Virus record (IMG/VR): IMGVR_UViG_3300012952_003952
Location: 177,979 to 241,978 of that record
Origin: a virus
Taxonomy: Duplodnaviria; Caudoviricetes
Direction: 5' to 3' (one strand)
DNA: 64,000 bases
Shown: positions 63,607-64,000 of the stretch, piece after piece
Position numbering within the stretch: position 1 is the first letter of the stretch
How the letters are laid out: the number at the start of each line of letters is the position of its first letter
Notes under the pieces: model-generated
Seen by the model: the letters and a program-made list of their open reading frames with translations, nothing else
Told to the model about the DNA's origin: nothing
The model's database searches: none
Translations under genes and position numbers: made by a program

Positions 63607-64000
63607 AGACCCTGGTTCTCGGGTCTACAAACCTGGATGAGATTTACCGATCTCCAGGCATTAGCGAAAGCTATTGATAGAGAAAACCTCGTTTAGGAAA
63701 GGGGCGTTCTTACGTCTATCGTGCTGCCTGACTAAGAGAGGGGATGAGTTAAAGGGGGTGGTACCTCTGAATATCATCCAGTAATTCGATGCATGAGCTT
63801 TCATACCACTGAGAGAATACTGCTGAGAGTATCCACGGATTTCGTAGATTCATCGTGGAAACGGGATAAAGGCACACCAAGAAAAAGTCTTGGGAAGGAG
63901 TTTCATTAAGATCCTCTAGAATCTAACTGTCGGTGATAGAAGTCTCTCTGGCGGAATCGGAAACGAGACCGTCGTCCTGAAAGGGGTCTGGTGGACATCC
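63607..64000 (+). ncRNA. Large multi-hairpin non-coding RNA candidate, running off the window end
   Basis: No ORF called; GC higher than flanks; stems AGACCC/GGGTCT, CCTGGA/TCCAGG, TAGC-GAAA-GCTA, GATAGA/TCTATC, GGATGA/TCATCC, CCACG/CGTGG, CCAAGA/TCTTGG, GTCTC/GAGAC. Confidence 0.65.

Noticed and set aside
1-64000. Eukaryotic giant virus (suggested by MBD4-like, zincless Nei, AsnB, DnaJ)
   Set aside because: DnaE, sigma70, peptidoglycan amidase, TilS, deformylase, lipoboxes, Shine-Dalgarno sites and overlapping operons all point to a bacterial virus.
1-64000. Bacterial or archaeal chromosome fragment
   Set aside because: No ribosomal, RNAP-core or other housekeeping operons; replication, lysis and many small orphan genes are mixed as in jumbo phages. 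A large plasmid cannot be fully excluded.
1-64000. Stop-codon reassignment as in some huge phages
   Set aside because: Conserved genes are full length in code 11 and TAA, TAG and TGA all end genes at expected positions.

Overview
A gene-dense, AT-rich, almost entirely plus-strand segment of a very large (jumbo-type) bacteriophage genome in the standard genetic code. It encodes a peptidoglycan amidase, DnaE-type polymerase, a sigma70-family factor, GroEL/DnaJ/ClpP/peptide deformylase, TilS, AsnB and two tRNAs, but no ribosomal or core cellular genes. vWA lipoproteins hint at a Myxococcota/Bdellovibrionota-like host (inference). Main signals: (1) an ~11 kb tightly coupled cluster after dnaE (9758-20636) combining a dCMP-type thymidylate-synthase homologue, dUTPase, a BGT-like/SGNH-like protein, inositol-3-phosphate synthase, FkbM methyltransferase, HAD phosphatase, a 5-hmdU-DNA-kinase-like helical protein and an atypical C5 methyltransferase, which suggests an inositol-based cytosine hypermodification pathway; (2) a sigma70 apparently split into two genes, with a recurring TGTAAA-N18-TATAAT promoter; (3) eight tandem ORFs sharing an MKITKRQLRRIIKE leader, a possible capsid-targeting/cleavage signal; (4) two unassigned structured RNAs, a 20-aa 9-Cys peptide, a SOD-fold protein lacking its metal ligands, and TilS/tRNA-CAU and tRNA-Asn/AsnB pairings. 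All family assignments come from motif recognition by eye; no searches were run.
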